Positions 8,712 through 19,912 of a stretch of 50,824 nt of DNA are shown here, piece after piece (within the stretch, counting starts at the first letter, position 1; each line of letters opens with the position of its first letter). Under the pieces are notes generated by a model, which was not told the DNA's origin, did no database searches, and saw nothing but the letters and a program-made list of their open reading frames with translations. The stretch is from Halobacteriota archaeon (GTDB lineage Archaea > Halobacteriota > Halobacteria > Halobacteriales > Haloferacaceae). Made by a program: the position numbers and the translations under genes. The stretch is from assembly GCA_051747145.1 (NCBI GenBank), contig JBNJFV010000001.1, positions 1 through 50,824 of the forward strand, read 5' to 3'.

Positions 8712-9125
8712 TCAAAACAGCCGTGACTGTTCGGACTCGCCGGCGATCGCGTGCACGTCAGCGCCGCGTTTGAGCGCCGTCTCCAGTTTGACGCGGTAGT
8801 TTCCGCCGGGCGTCCGATAGAGGTCGTCGGGTTCGAAAAAGTACCACGCCTCGCGATCGAACCGAACCGCCACGAGCGCAGTCGCGCCGAAAGACTCCGC
8901 AAAGAAACACAGCGAATCGATTTCAGATTCCTCCAGGTAGATCGGCCGGCCGCTGGAGGCTTTCGCCTCGATCGCATAAAATCGCTCGCCGTCGCCCGCC
9001 AGCACGTCTGGCAGATCGCGGTCGGTCGCGCTGCCGCTTGCGGGAGCCCGCATGACGGCGAACCCGTGTGCGTCCAGCTCGTTGACGAGTTCGCGCTCGC
9101 GACGGTCACCTTTTCGGCTCGGCAT
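8712..9125 (-). CDS. hjc: Holliday junction resolvase Hjc
   Basis: 137 aa. [28 protein letters not shown]...[18 protein letters not shown] matches the archaeal Hjc nuclease core (E...D...E-x-K). Confidence 0.85.
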   Translation of the reverse strand: MPSRKGDRRERELVNELDAHGFAVMRAPASGSATDRDLPDVLAGDGERFYAIEAKASSGRPIYLEESEIDSLCFFAESFGATALVAVRFDREAWYFFEPDDLYRTPGGNYRVKLETALKRGADVHAIAGESEQSRLF

Positions 9126-9157
9126 ACCGGCCGTATGCCGCGCGCTGATAAGAATCT

Positions 9158-9229
9158 ACCAGCCCCGGGCAAAACACCAGCCCCGAACCAAACATCAGCC
9201 CCGAACCAAACACCAGCCCCGAGCCAACG
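9158..9229. repeat. 18-bp tandem repeat x4, intergenic
   Basis: The four units are ACCAGCCCCGGGCAAAAC, ACCAGCCCCGAACCAAAC, ATCAGCCCCGAACCAAAC and ACCAGCCCCGAGCCAACG. The array starts 33 bp upstream of the hjc start codon and ends 90 bp downstream of the usp stop codon (9320-9322). Confidence 0.95.
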
Positions 9230-9319
9230 TTCGATCGCCAGAGACACCGCGACCACAAAACCGATCGACCGATAAATTCCGAACCGATCGACCGGTAAAT
9301 CCGAGCCCCCTGCGGGCGA

Positions 9320-9742
9320 TCAATCGACCGTGACGTCGGCACCGTCCGGAACGATCGTCACCGGGACGTCCGCGCCGTCGGCGACGGCGAATGCCGTGTT
9401 GCCCTGCGTGAGGTTCTGTATCAACCGCTTCGAAGTGTGTCCGACGACGATGTGGGTGATCTCGACGTCGCTTGCGATGTCAACGAGCGTGTGACCGATT
9501 CGGTGCCCCGATCGGATGCCGCCTCGACCGACGAACTCGATCGCAACCGTACAGTCGATCGGCGCATCGGCCAGCGTACGTTGCAGTTCGTCGCGGATCA
9601 GTCGGGCGTCGCCGTCGGCCACCTCGTCGGTCGTGAGGTGGACCACGTACAGCTCGGTGTCGATCGACGTGCCCAACTCCAGCGCCACCGAGAGAACCCG
9701 ATCGCGCACGTGATCGTCAGCAACGGCAACGAGGACTACCAT
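9320..9742 (-). CDS. Universal stress protein (UspA family)
   Basis: MVVLVAVADD...THIVVGHTSKRLIQNLTQGNTAFAVADGADVPV is the typical Usp fold signature. ATG 9742 is preferred over the upstream ATG 9784. Confidence 0.75.
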   Translation of the reverse strand: MVVLVAVADDHVRDRVLSVALELGTSIDTELYVVHLTTDEVADGDARLIRDELQRTLADAPIDCTVAIEFVGRGGIRSGHRIGHTLVDIASDVEITHIVVGHTSKRLIQNLTQGNTAFAVADGADVPVTIVPDGADVTVD

Positions 9743-9839
9743 GAGGAAAAATACGTCGCCGTCGGACAAAACAGTACGCACCATCGACCCAGCAAATGAT
9801 ACAGAATTGTTATGTATGCGGGGTTGAACCTACCAGTAG

Positions 9840-12800
9840 ATGAGCAACCGATCGGATCGAAATGTCGACTCGTATCCGAACGGCGCGTCGCCGGTTTCGG
9901 TCGCATCGATCGCCGTGTTACACGTCGACGACGATCCCGAATTCACCGACGTCGTTGCGACGTTCCTGGAGCGCGAGGACGATCGACTCGACGTCACCAC
10001 CGCAACGAGCGTCGCCGAGGCCGAACGGATCCTCGAAACCAGGCGAGTCGACTGCATCGTCAGCGACTACGAGATGCCCCGCCGCGACGGGATCGACTTC
10101 CTTCGAACGGTGCGCGAACGACACGAAAACCTCCCGTACGTGCTGTATACCGGCCGCGGCTCCGAGGAGGTGGCGAGCGAGGCGATCTCTGCGGGCGTGT
10201 CCGACTATCTGCAGAAGTCGAGCGGAACCGAACAGTACGCGGTGTTGGCGAATCGGATCACGAACGCCGTTTCGAAGTACCGCGCGGAAACGCAACTGGC
10301 CGATCTGCTCGATCGGATGACAGACGCGTTCGTCACACTCGATGCAGACTGGCAGATCACGTACCTCAACCAGCGAGCCGAGGCCGTTCTCGAACGCGAT
10401 CGGGATGCGTTGCTCGGGACGGACATTCGAGAGAGCTTTCCCGACGTCGAAAATTCGAAGATACGACAGGCGTACACGGATGCGATTGAAGACGGGGCGA
10501 CCACGTCGATCGACGTCCGCTGCGAGCCGCTGGAAAAGTGGTTCGAAGTACACGTCTACCCGTCTGAGGTCGGCGTCTCCGCGCACCTCCGCGACGTGAC
10601 CGAACACAAAGCGCGTGAGCGAGCGCTCGAAGAGACGACAGAACGTCTCGGCCTCGCGCTCGAAGGTGCCGAACTGGGCGTTTGGGACTGGGACGTCCGG
10701 ACCGACGAGGTAACGTTCACCGACGAGTGGGCGTCGTTGCTGGGATATTCACCAGCGGACCTCGAATCGGATCTGCAGACGTGGACACAGCGGATTCACC
10801 CGGCGGACCGGTCCGACGTCGAGGCGACGCTCGACGCGCACCTGGCCGGTGACACGGAGTATTACACCTGCGAATACCGAATGCGGACGAACTCCGGCGA
10901 CTGGACGTGGATTCGTGACGTCGGGAGGGTCTTCGAACGCGACGACGAGGGCCGACCCGTTCGGGCGGTGGGGATACACCAAGACGTCAGCGATCGGAAG
11001 ACGCGAGAACGCGAACTACAGCGGTACGAAACCGTCGTGGAAGCGTCGGGCGACATAGTCTACACGCTCGACGAGGACGGGTACGTGACCTACGTAAACG
11101 ACGCGTTCGTCGACGCGGTGGGGTACGACAGAGCGGCGCTGTTGGGCGAACACGTCTCGATCGTCATGTCGTCTGCGGACGTCCAGCGGGGCACGGAGCT
11201 GATCCGATCGCTGCTTCGGTCCGCCGACAACCGCGGCACCTTCGAGATGGACCTGCAAACGGCCACCGGAGAATCGATACCCTGTGAGACGCACGTCGCG
11301 TTGCTCCCGGACGACGACCGGTTCCGTGGCACGGTCGGGATCACTCGAGACATCACGGCCCGAAAGGACCGAGAGCGGACACTCGAACAGCTCCAACGAC
11401 GGACCCAGGACCTCATTCGCGCCACCTCGAAACGAGAGATCGCCGACATCGCGGTCGAAACGGCCCAGAACACGCTCGAGCTTCCCTTCAGCGGCGTCCA
11501 CCTCGTCGACGACGAAAGAGAGCGCCTCGAGCCGGTTGCGGTGACCGACGAGGTCCGCGACCGCGTCGGCTCGGCACCGACGTACCACAGAACGACCCCC
11601 CAACGATCGGTCGACGTCGTCAACTGGAACGCCTTCGAGCGGTCCGAGACGGTCGTGATCGACGACGCGCGCAGTCATCCGATCATGTCCGAGGAGGACA
11701 CGCCGACGCGAAGCGGGATCATCCAGCCGCTTGGATCCCACGGGATTTTCGTCACGACCGCACCACAGCCGCACTACTTCGACGAGACCGACGTCGCGCT
11801 GATGGACGTGTTCGCAGCCGTCGTCACCGCCGCGTTCGATCGGGCCGAACGCGAACGGCTACTGGGACGGGAGCGCGAGCGGTTCGAAACGCTGTTCGAA
11901 CACCTCCCGGTGTCGGCGGTCCATGCGACGATCGAAGACGAAGCGCCGATCGTCAGGCAGGTGAACGAACAGTTCGAGGAGACGTTCGGATACGACGCGG
12001 CGGCGATCGTCGGCGAAAACATCGACGAGTTCCTCGCCCCGCCGGAGGGGATCGACGAACTGACCGCCGTCAACAGGGAACTTTTAGAACGTGGCCACGT
12101 GGACACGCGGGTTCGTCGACAGACGGCGACCGGCGTCCGCCAGTTCCACGCGAAGATCGTCCTTCGAACGCCCACGACGGACGAACTCGACGCGTACGCG
12201 ATCTACGTGGACGTGACAGAACAACAGCGCAGACAGGCCGCACTCGAAACGCTTCACGAAACCTCCCACGAACTGATCGACGCGACGACGCCCCAGCGGA
12301 TCGCCGAACTAACCGTAGAGGCCGCCTCCGAGATCCTCGGGTTTCCGTTCGTTCTGGTCAGGTTTCACGACGCCGAGGCGGACGAACTCGTTCCGATCGC
12401 CGCGAACGACGCGCTCGAGGAGGCAGTCGGATCGCCGCCAGCGTTCGGCCCCCACGACGGGAGTCTCAACTGGGAGGCGTTCGAAACCGGCGAGATTCGA
12501 CGGTGTGGGGACATCGAAGCGATCGACCACGCCTACGATCGGCCGACCCCGGTCCGCAGTTTGTTGATCCTCCCGCTGGGCGAGTACGGGATCGTCTCCG
12601 TCGGCTCGACGGAAGCAAACGCCTTCGACGAGAGCGACGCGTACCTCGCACGGATTTTGACGACGACGGCGACCACCGCCCTTTCGCGCACCGAACGCGA
12701 GGACGAACTCGAACGGCAGAACGATCGGCTCGAAACGTTCACGAGCATCGTCTCTCACGATCTACGAAACCCGCTCAACGTGGCCACCGGCCATCTCGAG

Positions 12801-13337
12801 TTGGCAGCGACCTCGGGTGACAGCCAGCACCTCGAGGAGGTGGCGAACGCGCACGATCGGATGGAGTCGTTGATCGAGGACGTGTTGACGATCGCACGGG
12901 AGGGCGAGACGGTGCAGAACCCAACGCCGATCGAACTCCCGACCCTTCTGACGGACTGTTGGCACACCGTCGAGACGGCCGATGCGACGCTCGAAATCGA
13001 GACGGAAGCGGTTCTCATGGGCGATCGACGGCGGCTCCGGCAACTGTTGGAAAACCTCATCCGGAACGCGATCGACCACGGTGGCGAGGCGGTCACGATC
13101 ACGGTCGGCGATCTCGACGACGGGTTCTACGTGGCCGACGACGGGCCGGGCATTCCGGCCGACGAGCGGGCGCACGTGTTCGATCACGGCTACACGACGT
13201 CGAAAACCGGAACGGGATTCGGCCTCCCGATCGTTCACCAGCTCGCTGACGCACACGGGTGGCGTATCGGAGTCGCGTCGTCGGAAGCCGGCGGGGCACG
13301 ATTCGAGATCACCGGCGTGCAGTTCGATTCGGCGTGA
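9840..13337 (+). CDS. Hybrid sensor histidine kinase (receiver + multiple PAS + two GAF + HisKA/HATPase_c)
   Basis: 1165 aa. Receiver domain: VLHVDDDPEF...DCIVSDYEMPRRDG. Several PAS-like blocks follow. H-box: SHDLRNPL. N/G1/G2 boxes: LIRNAIDHGG, DDGPGIP and GTGFGLPIV. Confidence 0.85.
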   Translation: MSNRSDRNVDSYPNGASPVSVASIAVLHVDDDPEFTDVVATFLEREDDRLDVTTATSVAEAERILETRRVDCIVSDYEMPRRDGIDFLRTVRERHENLPYVLYTGRGSEEVASEAISAGVSDYLQKSSGTEQYAVLANRITNAVSKYRAETQLADLLDRMTDAFVTLDADWQITYLNQRAEAVLERDRDALLGTDIRESFPDVENSKIRQAYTDAIEDGATTSIDVRCEPLEKWFEVHVYPSEVGVSAHLRDVTEHKARERALEETTERLGLALEGAELGVWDWDVRTDEVTFTDEWASLLGYSPADLESDLQTWTQRIHPADRSDVEATLDAHLAGDTEYYTCEYRMRTNSGDWTWIRDVGRVFERDDEGRPVRAVGIHQDVSDRKTRERELQRYETVVEASGDIVYTLDEDGYVTYVNDAFVDAVGYDRAALLGEHVSIVMSSADVQRGTELIRSLLRSADNRGTFEMDLQTATGESIPCETHVALLPDDDRFRGTVGITRDITARKDRERTLEQLQRRTQDLIRATSKREIADIAVETAQNTLELPFSGVHLVDDERERLEPVAVTDEVRDRVGSAPTYHRTTPQRSVDVVNWNAFERSETVVIDDARSHPIMSEEDTPTRSGIIQPLGSHGIFVTTAPQPHYFDETDVALMDVFAAVVTAAFDRAERERLLGRERERFETLFEHLPVSAVHATIEDEAPIVRQVNEQFEETFGYDAAAIVGENIDEFLAPPEGIDELTAVNRELLERGHVDTRVRRQTATGVRQFHAKIVLRTPTTDELDAYAIYVDVTEQQRRQAALETLHETSHELIDATTPQRIAELTVEAASEILGFPFVLVRFHDAEADELVPIAANDALEEAVGSPPAFGPHDGSLNWEAFETGEIRRCGDIEAIDHAYDRPTPVRSLLILPLGEYGIVSVGSTEANAFDESDAYLARILTTTATTALSRTEREDELERQNDRLETFTSIVSHDLRNPLNVATGHLELAATSGDSQHLEEVANAHDRMESLIEDVLTIAREGETVQNPTPIELPTLLTDCWHTVETADATLEIETEAVLMGDRRRLRQLLENLIRNAIDHGGEAVTITVGDLDDGFYVADDGPGIPADERAHVFDHGYTTSKTGTGFGLPIVHQLADAHGWRIGVASSEAGGARFEITGVQFDSA

Positions 13338-13424
13338 CCGGACGATCGATCTGAACGACGAACGAAACGGACGATCGAATCGAAGGTCGGCAGACACTTG
13401 CCGATCGACGGCGTCCGGTGTCAC

Positions 13425-14270
13425 ATGCGTGCGTATCGACTCGCCTACGACGGGCGACCGTACTACGGCTTCCAGCGGCAGCCGGACGTCCCGACGGTAG
13501 AGAACGTCCTTTTCGCCGCGCTGTCGTCGTTAGGCGTCCTGGAAGACGACGCATCAGCGCCGCGTGGGTACGCCGCCGCCGGCCGGACGGACGCGGGCGT
13601 CTCTGCGATCGCCCAGACGGTCGCCTTCGACGCGCCGTCTTGGCTCACTCCGAGAGCGCTGAACAGCGAACTCCCCGCCACGGTTCGAGCGTGGGCCAGC
13701 GCGGATGCGGCGGACGGATTCCACGCCACCCACGAGGCGGTCCGTCGGGAGTACGTCTACCACCTGTACGCGCCGACAGACGCCGACCGATCGCTTGACG
13801 GACGTGCGCCGATCGACGACGGGCTCGCCGAAGACGCTCTCCAGCGACTCTGTGGCAGCCACGACTACCACAACCTCACGCCGGACGACGAGGGGACCTA
13901 CCGGGGCGTCTCCGGTCGGCTCGATCGAGACGGCGACGTGCTCGCGATCGAACTCGCCGCCGGGGGATTTCCACGGGAACTGGTCAGGCGGCTCGTCACC
14001 GTCGTTCGGGCGGTGGGAACCGGATCGATGTCGATCGATCGGATCGAGTCGATCCTCGGCCCCGAACCGATCGACGGACCCGACGGAGTCGCGCCCGCGC
14101 CGGCCGACCCGCTCGTCCTCTCGAACGTCGTCTATCCGACGCTCGCGTTCGAACGGGACGCTGAGGCGGTCACGAGCACGATTGCGGCATTCGGCGAACG
14201 GGCGATCGATGGCATTCTCGTGGATCGAACCAACCGATCGATCGTCGATCGGATCGCTGATCGGCAGTAA
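13425..14270 (+). CDS. truA: tRNA pseudouridine(38-40) synthase TruA
   Basis: MRAYRLAYDGRPYYGFQRQP...GRTDAGVSA includes the catalytic Asp motif. ATG 13425 is in frame with the track's TTG 13398. Confidence 0.8.
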   Translation: MRAYRLAYDGRPYYGFQRQPDVPTVENVLFAALSSLGVLEDDASAPRGYAAAGRTDAGVSAIAQTVAFDAPSWLTPRALNSELPATVRAWASADAADGFHATHEAVRREYVYHLYAPTDADRSLDGRAPIDDGLAEDALQRLCGSHDYHNLTPDDEGTYRGVSGRLDRDGDVLAIELAAGGFPRELVRRLVTVVRAVGTGSMSIDRIESILGPEPIDGPDGVAPAPADPLVLSNVVYPTLAFERDAEAVTSTIAAFGERAIDGILVDRTNRSIVDRIADRQ

Positions 14271-14290
14271 ACGAGAGCCGATCGGCACAG

Positions 14291-14357
14291 ACGGCACAGT
14301 ACCGACCGGATATATGGACGACGTAGTACCGATCGGACATATGGACGGCACAGTAGG
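14291..14357. repeat. 27-bp tandem repeat, about 2.5 copies, intergenic
   Basis: ACGGCACAGTACCGACCGGATATATGG (14291-14317) and ACGACGTAGTACCGATCGGACATATGG (14318-14344) are 22/27 identical. A partial ACGGCACAGTAGG follows. The array lies between truA and the HAD gene. Confidence 0.85.
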
Positions 14358-14430
14358 AATCCCGAGCGCGACATATCCCTTCTGAGGGCACCTAGAAACT
14401 TTTTGGCCGATCGGGCACGGACGGTAGCGT

Positions 14431-15081
14431 ATGTGCTACGATGCGGTCGTCTTCGACAACGACGGGGTACTGACGCATCCAACCCCCCGAGAGACCATCC
14501 ACGAAGGCGTCACAGACGCGTTTGCCCGACTTCGCGTCCAACCCGACGAGGAGGCGATCGACGCGTTGATCGACGTCGACGCGACCCGAATCCGACAGGT
14601 CGCATCCCGGTTCGACCTCGATCCGGAAACGCTGTGGAGCCAGCGGGAACGGTCGGTCGCCGCGGCCCAGCGTCGGGCACTCGAAGACGGGACGAAGCCG
14701 CTGTACGACGACGTCGATACGCTGTCGACGCTCCGTGCGACCCTCGGGATCGTCAGCAACAACCAACAGGAGACGGTTGAATCGATCGTCGAGCTGTTCG
14801 AACTCGGAGAGCTGTTCCCCTACGCGGCTGGTCGGAGACCAACGCTGTCTGGATTTCAACGGCGGAAGCCAAACCCCGATTACCTGGAGGAGGCGCTCGC
14901 GACGATCGGCGTCGAGTCGGCGCTGTACGTCGGCGATAGCAACGTCGACGTCGTCGCCGCGACGCGCGCGGGGATGGACGTGGCGTTCATCCGACGGCCA
15001 CACCGTACGAGGTACGAGCTCGTCGCCGAGCCGACCTACGAGGTCGAATCGCTCGAGGAGATTTCGTCGATCGCGTACTGA
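14431..15081 (+). CDS. HAD-superfamily hydrolase (phosphatase-like)
   Basis: Motif I is VVFDNDGVL. Motif IV-like is YVGDSNVDVVAA. 216 aa. Confidence 0.8.
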   Translation: MCYDAVVFDNDGVLTHPTPRETIHEGVTDAFARLRVQPDEEAIDALIDVDATRIRQVASRFDLDPETLWSQRERSVAAAQRRALEDGTKPLYDDVDTLSTLRATLGIVSNNQQETVESIVELFELGELFPYAAGRRPTLSGFQRRKPNPDYLEEALATIGVESALYVGDSNVDVVAATRAGMDVAFIRRPHRTRYELVAEPTYEVESLEEISSIAY

Positions 15082-15126
15082 CGCCTCCGTTCAGGTTCGA
15101 GACGATGAGTGCCCGGATCGAATAGA

Positions 15127-15204
15127 CCGATCGCGACCGCAAACTGGCCGATCGCGACCGCAAACTGGCCGATCGCGACCGCAAACTGGCCGATCGCGAC
15201 CGCA
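15127..15204. repeat. Perfect 21-bp tandem repeat, 3.7 copies, between convergent genes
   Basis: CCGATCGCGACCGCAAACTGG occurs at 15127, 15148 and 15169. A fourth copy is truncated after 15 nt. Confidence 0.97.
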
Positions 15205-15224
15205 GTCGTACCTCGATCGAACGG

Positions 15225-16583
15225 TTACTCCCACTCGGCGGGCCACAGGCCGGCCGCGCGCATGCCGACCTCGAAATCCGCCTCCCGGAAGGCCGCCGCG
15301 AGGTCGCCTCGATCGAGTCGCGGGAGGTCGCGGCCGGCCAGTTCGATCGTCAACAGCGCGGTCAGGATGCCGTGTTCGCGGACGTTTCGATCGTCGACCT
15401 TGTCGCGGGTGTCCGCGTGGGTGTGTCCCCAGCCGCGGCCCCGATCGCCGCTGTCGCTGTGTAACTGCATCGACGGGACGCCCGCGCGGACGAACGGCCA
15501 CTGGTCGCTGAACGGGTGCGGTTCGACCTCGACGTCGATCGGGTGTCGCGTCGCCGCGGCCACGGATTCGGCGGCGGCTGCGGTCGCCTCGGAGGCGTGC
15601 GCCATCGCGACGAGGTCGCGGAACCGACCGGCCCCGTCGACGTTGAGCACGCCGGCGATCCGATCGACGTCGATCGTCCCAGCCAGGTGTTCGGAGCCCA
15701 GCAGGCCGATCTCCTCGGATCCCACGGCGGCGATCCTGACGCCGCGGTCGAGGTCGTCGGCCACGGTCGAAAGGATTCGGGTGGCCGAAAGAACCGTCGC
15801 GATCCCGCAGCCGTTGTCCAGCGCACCCTCCGCGATGTCGTGGCCGTCGTAGTGAGCAAGGAGCAACAGCTCCTCGTCCGTGTCGGGACCGACACGGCCC
15901 TGGACGTTTCGACTCTCGCCGGGGACGGTCTCGGCGTCGACGGACAGCCGCATCTGCGCGGTCGCGCCGGGCGTGTTCGCCGCGTACTCGCGGAGCCACG
16001 AGCCGGTCTCGGTGCTCACCCCGACCGCCGGTACGGAGGCCTCGGTGCCGAAGGTGAGCGACCCCGTCGGCGGGAGCTGTCCAGGGAGGTGGTTGACGAA
16101 CACGAAGCCGATCGCGCCGGATTCGATCGCGTAGGCGAACTTCTCCATGCGGTGGATGAACCGCCCGCCGGGCGGCGTCGTGGTGCTGGCGACGACGATC
16201 CGATTTCGAACGTCCAGGTCGTCGATTTCGGGGGGCGTCCCGTAGCCGCCGTCGACGAACGCGCCGGTGACGTCGCCGGCGGGCGCGTACGGGAGCGCGA
16301 CGGCGTCGAAGGACCGCTCGATGTCGCCGGTTAGCTGCAGCGTGCTGTCGCCCCGTCGCCACTCGTTCACCTCGAAGGCGCGAATCGACACGTCCCGAAC
16401 ACCGGCCGCCTCGAAGGCGTCAGCGACGACCGTCGCCGCCTCGCGTTCGCCGTCGCTGCCGCCCATCCGACCGCCGATCGCCGTGAGGTCGCTCAGGAAC
16501 TCCCACGGCGTCGAGTCGGTCCACGTCCGACCGATCGCCGCCTCGAGCGCGGCGGATCGATCGGCTGTCTCGCTGGATTGCAT
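15225..16583 (-). CDS. M28-family metallopeptidase (aminopeptidase-like)
   Basis: HYDGHDIAEGALDNGCG and GSEEIGLLGSEHL are metal-ligand motifs. The start is set at ATG 16583 (MQSSETADRS), because the longer track ORF would overlap the divergent pepF. Confidence 0.75.
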   Translation of the reverse strand: MQSSETADRSAALEAAIGRTWTDSTPWEFLSDLTAIGGRMGGSDGEREAATVVADAFEAAGVRDVSIRAFEVNEWRRGDSTLQLTGDIERSFDAVALPYAPAGDVTGAFVDGGYGTPPEIDDLDVRNRIVVASTTTPPGGRFIHRMEKFAYAIESGAIGFVFVNHLPGQLPPTGSLTFGTEASVPAVGVSTETGSWLREYAANTPGATAQMRLSVDAETVPGESRNVQGRVGPDTDEELLLLAHYDGHDIAEGALDNGCGIATVLSATRILSTVADDLDRGVRIAAVGSEEIGLLGSEHLAGTIDVDRIAGVLNVDGAGRFRDLVAMAHASEATAAAAESVAAATRHPIDVEVEPHPFSDQWPFVRAGVPSMQLHSDSGDRGRGWGHTHADTRDKVDDRNVREHGILTALLTIELAGRDLPRLDRGDLAAAFREADFEVGMRAAGLWPAEWE

Positions 16584-16761
16584 TGCAGACGGAACGAAGC
16601 GGGCGGAGAAAACAGTGTGGCATTCGGCGATCGACGTCAGCACACCCGTCTCGTGACGATCGACGAGCGGATCTTCGAGTAGCCCACCGCACCCGTCGAA
16701 ACGCGTTACAGGACCGTCGAAATTGGCAAGACTTACCCGCCGAGATTCCTTTCGAACCGCT

Positions 16762-18552
16762 ATGAGTTCGGTTCCCGAACGAGACGACATCGACGAGGAG
16801 TACACGTGGGCCCTCGAGAGCATCTACGACTCCGACGAGGAGTGGGAACGGGCCTTCGAGGCCGTCTCCGATCGAATCGACGAGCTGCGACAGTACGAAG
16901 GTCGGGTCACTGCGGACCCACAGACGCTGTTAGCACTGTTGGAACGTCGCGAGGAGATCATGCGGGAGGTCTCGACGGTGAGCGTCTACGCGAACCTCCG
17001 AAGCAGCGAGGACACCCGCAACCAGGAGTACCAGGCGCTTGCCGCCAAAGCGCAGGCGCTCTCCTCGGAGGCCGCAAGTGCGATCTCGTATCTCGAACCC
17101 GAACTGCAGGAGCTGGACGCCGAGGAGCTAGACGCGTTCGTCGCCGAGGAGCCGGCGCTTTCGGCGTACGACCACTACTTCGACGACGTCCTTCGCGGAA
17201 AGGAACACACCAGATCGGCGGCGATCGAGGAACTGCTCGCAGATCTCGGCGAGGTGACGAGCGGACCGAGCGAGATCTACTCGATGCTCGCCAACGCAGA
17301 CATGGAGTTTCCCACCGTCGAGGATCCAGACGGCGAGCCCATCGAGATCACCCAGGGTAACTTCACGAAGCTACAGAAACACGAGGATCGACAGTTCAGA
17401 AAGCGCGTCTACGAGGCGTTTTACGACGAGTGGGAAGCAGTCCGCAACACGGTCGGCACGTCGCTGAAGACGCAGGTCAGAAAGGACGTCAAACTCGCCC
17501 GGGCGAGACGCTACGAGACCGCCCGCGAGGCCGCCCTCGACGGCCCGAACGTCCCCGTCGAGGTGTACGACACGCTCGTCGACACCGTCGGCGAGAACCT
17601 CGAGTACCTCCACCGGCACGCCGAACTCAAACGGGACGCCCTCGACCTCGAGGACCTCCGAATGTGGGACCTGTACATGTCGATCACCGGCGACGAAGGG
17701 CCGACGGTCAGCTACGAGCAGGCCAAAGCGTGGATCGTCGAGGCCGTCGAACCGCTCGGGGAAGCCTACCAGACCCGCGTTGCGGCGGGGCTGGAAGATC
17801 GCTGGGTGGACGTCTACGAGAACCGTGGCAAACGGGCCGGGGCGTTCTCCTCTGGGACGTACGACACCCAGCCGTTCATCCTGATGAACTACCAGGACGA
17901 CATCGCCTCGATGTTCACGCTCGCCCACGAGCTTGGCCACTCGATGCACTCGGAGTACGCACAGGACGCCCAGCCGTGGCACGACGCGGGGTATGAGATC
18001 TTCGTCGCGGAGGTCGCCTCGACGGTGAACGAGACGCTTTTGACCCACCACCTGCTCGAAACCGTCGAAGACGACGCCCTCCGGACCGCCGTCCTCGACG
18101 AGTATCTGGAGCGGTTCCGATCGACGCTGTTCCGCCAGACAATGTTTGCGGACTTCGAACAGCAGATCCACGAGCTCGCAGAAGACGACCAGCCGCTCAC
18201 GCCGGACGTCTTCGATCAGATCTACGGCGAGCTGAAAGCTGCCTATTACGCACCCGCCGAAACCGACGATCGGATCGCCCGCGAGTGGGAACGCATCCCG
18301 CACTTTTACTACAACTTCTACGTCTACCAGTACGCGACGGGGATCTCCGCGGCGGTCGCGATCGTCGAGAGGATCCGCACCGAGGGCGAGTCTGCGGCGG
18401 CCGACTACCTCGACATGCTCGCGGCCGGCGGAAGCGTCTATCCGATCGAGGCGCTGTCGATCGCCGGAATCGATATGGCCTCCCCCGAACCGATCGAATC
18501 GGCGCTGTCGGTGTACGGTGACTACCTCGATCGAATGGCCGACTTGCAGTAG
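16762..18552 (+). CDS. pepF: Oligoendopeptidase F (M3B family)
   Basis: HELGHSMH zinc motif. Length is about 596 aa. The N-terminus YTWALESIY is typical of PepF. The start is ATG 16762. Confidence 0.85.
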   Translation: MSSVPERDDIDEEYTWALESIYDSDEEWERAFEAVSDRIDELRQYEGRVTADPQTLLALLERREEIMREVSTVSVYANLRSSEDTRNQEYQALAAKAQALSSEAASAISYLEPELQELDAEELDAFVAEEPALSAYDHYFDDVLRGKEHTRSAAIEELLADLGEVTSGPSEIYSMLANADMEFPTVEDPDGEPIEITQGNFTKLQKHEDRQFRKRVYEAFYDEWEAVRNTVGTSLKTQVRKDVKLARARRYETAREAALDGPNVPVEVYDTLVDTVGENLEYLHRHAELKRDALDLEDLRMWDLYMSITGDEGPTVSYEQAKAWIVEAVEPLGEAYQTRVAAGLEDRWVDVYENRGKRAGAFSSGTYDTQPFILMNYQDDIASMFTLAHELGHSMHSEYAQDAQPWHDAGYEIFVAEVASTVNETLLTHHLLETVEDDALRTAVLDEYLERFRSTLFRQTMFADFEQQIHELAEDDQPLTPDVFDQIYGELKAAYYAPAETDDRIAREWERIPHFYYNFYVYQYATGISAAVAIVERIRTEGESAAADYLDMLAAGGSVYPIEALSIAGIDMASPEPIESALSVYGDYLDRMADLQ

Positions 18553-18613
18553 CGGCCAGCGGGGCGAACGACCCAAAGGCACATTTACGCGCGCCGCAAA
18601 GAACCGACAGCGA

Positions 18614-19837
18614 ATGTCACGTAGCCCGTCGCTGCCGGATCAGCCACGTCTCGAATTGGATCCGGAAATGTCCGAAACAGAGCGTCTGGACGCGATCCGG
18701 ACGCACTTCACCCGCGTCGTCTCGATCAACGAGGAGCTAACCCAGCGACTCGATGACGCGACGGACCGCCGACAGGAACTCCGCGAGCGGGTTCTCTCGC
18801 TGAAGCGGCGCAACGAGGCGCTGAAAACGTCGGCGCTGTACATCGCATCGATCGAGGAGCTAACCGACGACGGGGTCGTCATCAAACAGCACGGGAACAA
18901 CCAGGAAGTGCTGACTGAGGTCTCCCCCGACCTGAAACGGCGGTTGGAGGCGGGCGATCGCGTCGCGATCAACGAATCGTTCGGCATCGAGTTAGTACTC
19001 GACACGGAGACGGACGCTCGGGCGCAGGCGATGGAAGTCACCGAATCGCCAGCCGTCAAATACGAGGACATCGGCGGGATCGACGAGCAGATCCGCGACG
19101 TTCGTGAAGCCGTCGAGGATCCGCTCGCAAACCCCGAACTGTTCGAACGCGTCGGCGTCGATCCGCCCGCCGGCGTGTTGTTGCACGGCCCGCCGGGGAC
19201 CGGCAAGACGATGCTCGCGAAGGCCGTCGCGAACGAAACCGACGCCACCTTCATCAAGATGGCGGGCTCCGAACTCGTTCAGAAGTTCATCGGCGAGGGG
19301 GCGCGACTCGTCCGCGACCTGTTCGAGTTGGCCGCAGAGCGCGAGCCGGCAGTCGTCTTCATCGACGAGATCGACGCCGTCGCCTCCCGGCGAACGGACT
19401 CGAAAACCTCCGGCGACGCGGAGGTCCAGCGGACGATGATGCAGCTGCTCAGCGAGATGGACGGCTTCGACGAGCGCGGGGAGATCCGAATCATCGCCGC
19501 GACGAACCGCTTCGACATGCTCGACGAGGCGATCTTGCGCCCCGGCCGGTTCGATCGGCTCATCGAAGTACCGATCCCCGAGACAGCGGGGCGACGTCGC
19601 ATCCTCGAGATCCACACCGACGAGATGAACCTCGCCGACGACGTCGACCTGGTGGGGATCGCCGAGGCGATCGACGGCTACAGCGGCGCGGACATCGAAA
19701 GCCTCTCGACGGAGGCGGGGATGTTCGCGATCCGCGACGATCGAACGGAGGTTCGAACCCGCGATTTCGACGCCGCCCGAGAGAAACTCGATCGCTCGGC
19801 GGACGAACCGGACGGCGTAATCAACTACCAGTACTGA
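18614..19837 (+). CDS. pan: Proteasome-activating nucleotidase (PAN)
   Basis: N-terminal coiled coil, Walker A GPPGTGKT, Walker B VVFIDEID, and the C-terminal INYQY tail typical of PAN. The start is ATG 18614. Confidence 0.9.
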   Translation: MSRSPSLPDQPRLELDPEMSETERLDAIRTHFTRVVSINEELTQRLDDATDRRQELRERVLSLKRRNEALKTSALYIASIEELTDDGVVIKQHGNNQEVLTEVSPDLKRRLEAGDRVAINESFGIELVLDTETDARAQAMEVTESPAVKYEDIGGIDEQIRDVREAVEDPLANPELFERVGVDPPAGVLLHGPPGTGKTMLAKAVANETDATFIKMAGSELVQKFIGEGARLVRDLFELAAEREPAVVFIDEIDAVASRRTDSKTSGDAEVQRTMMQLLSEMDGFDERGEIRIIAATNRFDMLDEAILRPGRFDRLIEVPIPETAGRRRILEIHTDEMNLADDVDLVGIAEAIDGYSGADIESLSTEAGMFAIRDDRTEVRTRDFDAAREKLDRSADEPDGVINYQY

Positions 19838-19912
19838 TCGGGACGGCTGCACAACAACCGACCCGAGCGCCATTTCGTAACCGCTTACGCTATCGAGCAT
19901 CTACGCCGGGTA

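Noticed and set aside
15091-16362. Long ORFs antisense to, or overlapping, recognisable genes. Examples: 15091..16362(-), 25447..27180(+), 29617..31665(-), 31818..33077(-), 36820..37974(+), 37971..39236(+), 39440..40693(-) and 43908..44879(+).
   Set aside because: Their translations are dominated by Arg/Pro/Ser/Thr/Gly runs typical of off-frame reading of high-GC DNA and lack any motif. The overlapping frame encodes acidic proteins with clear family signatures.
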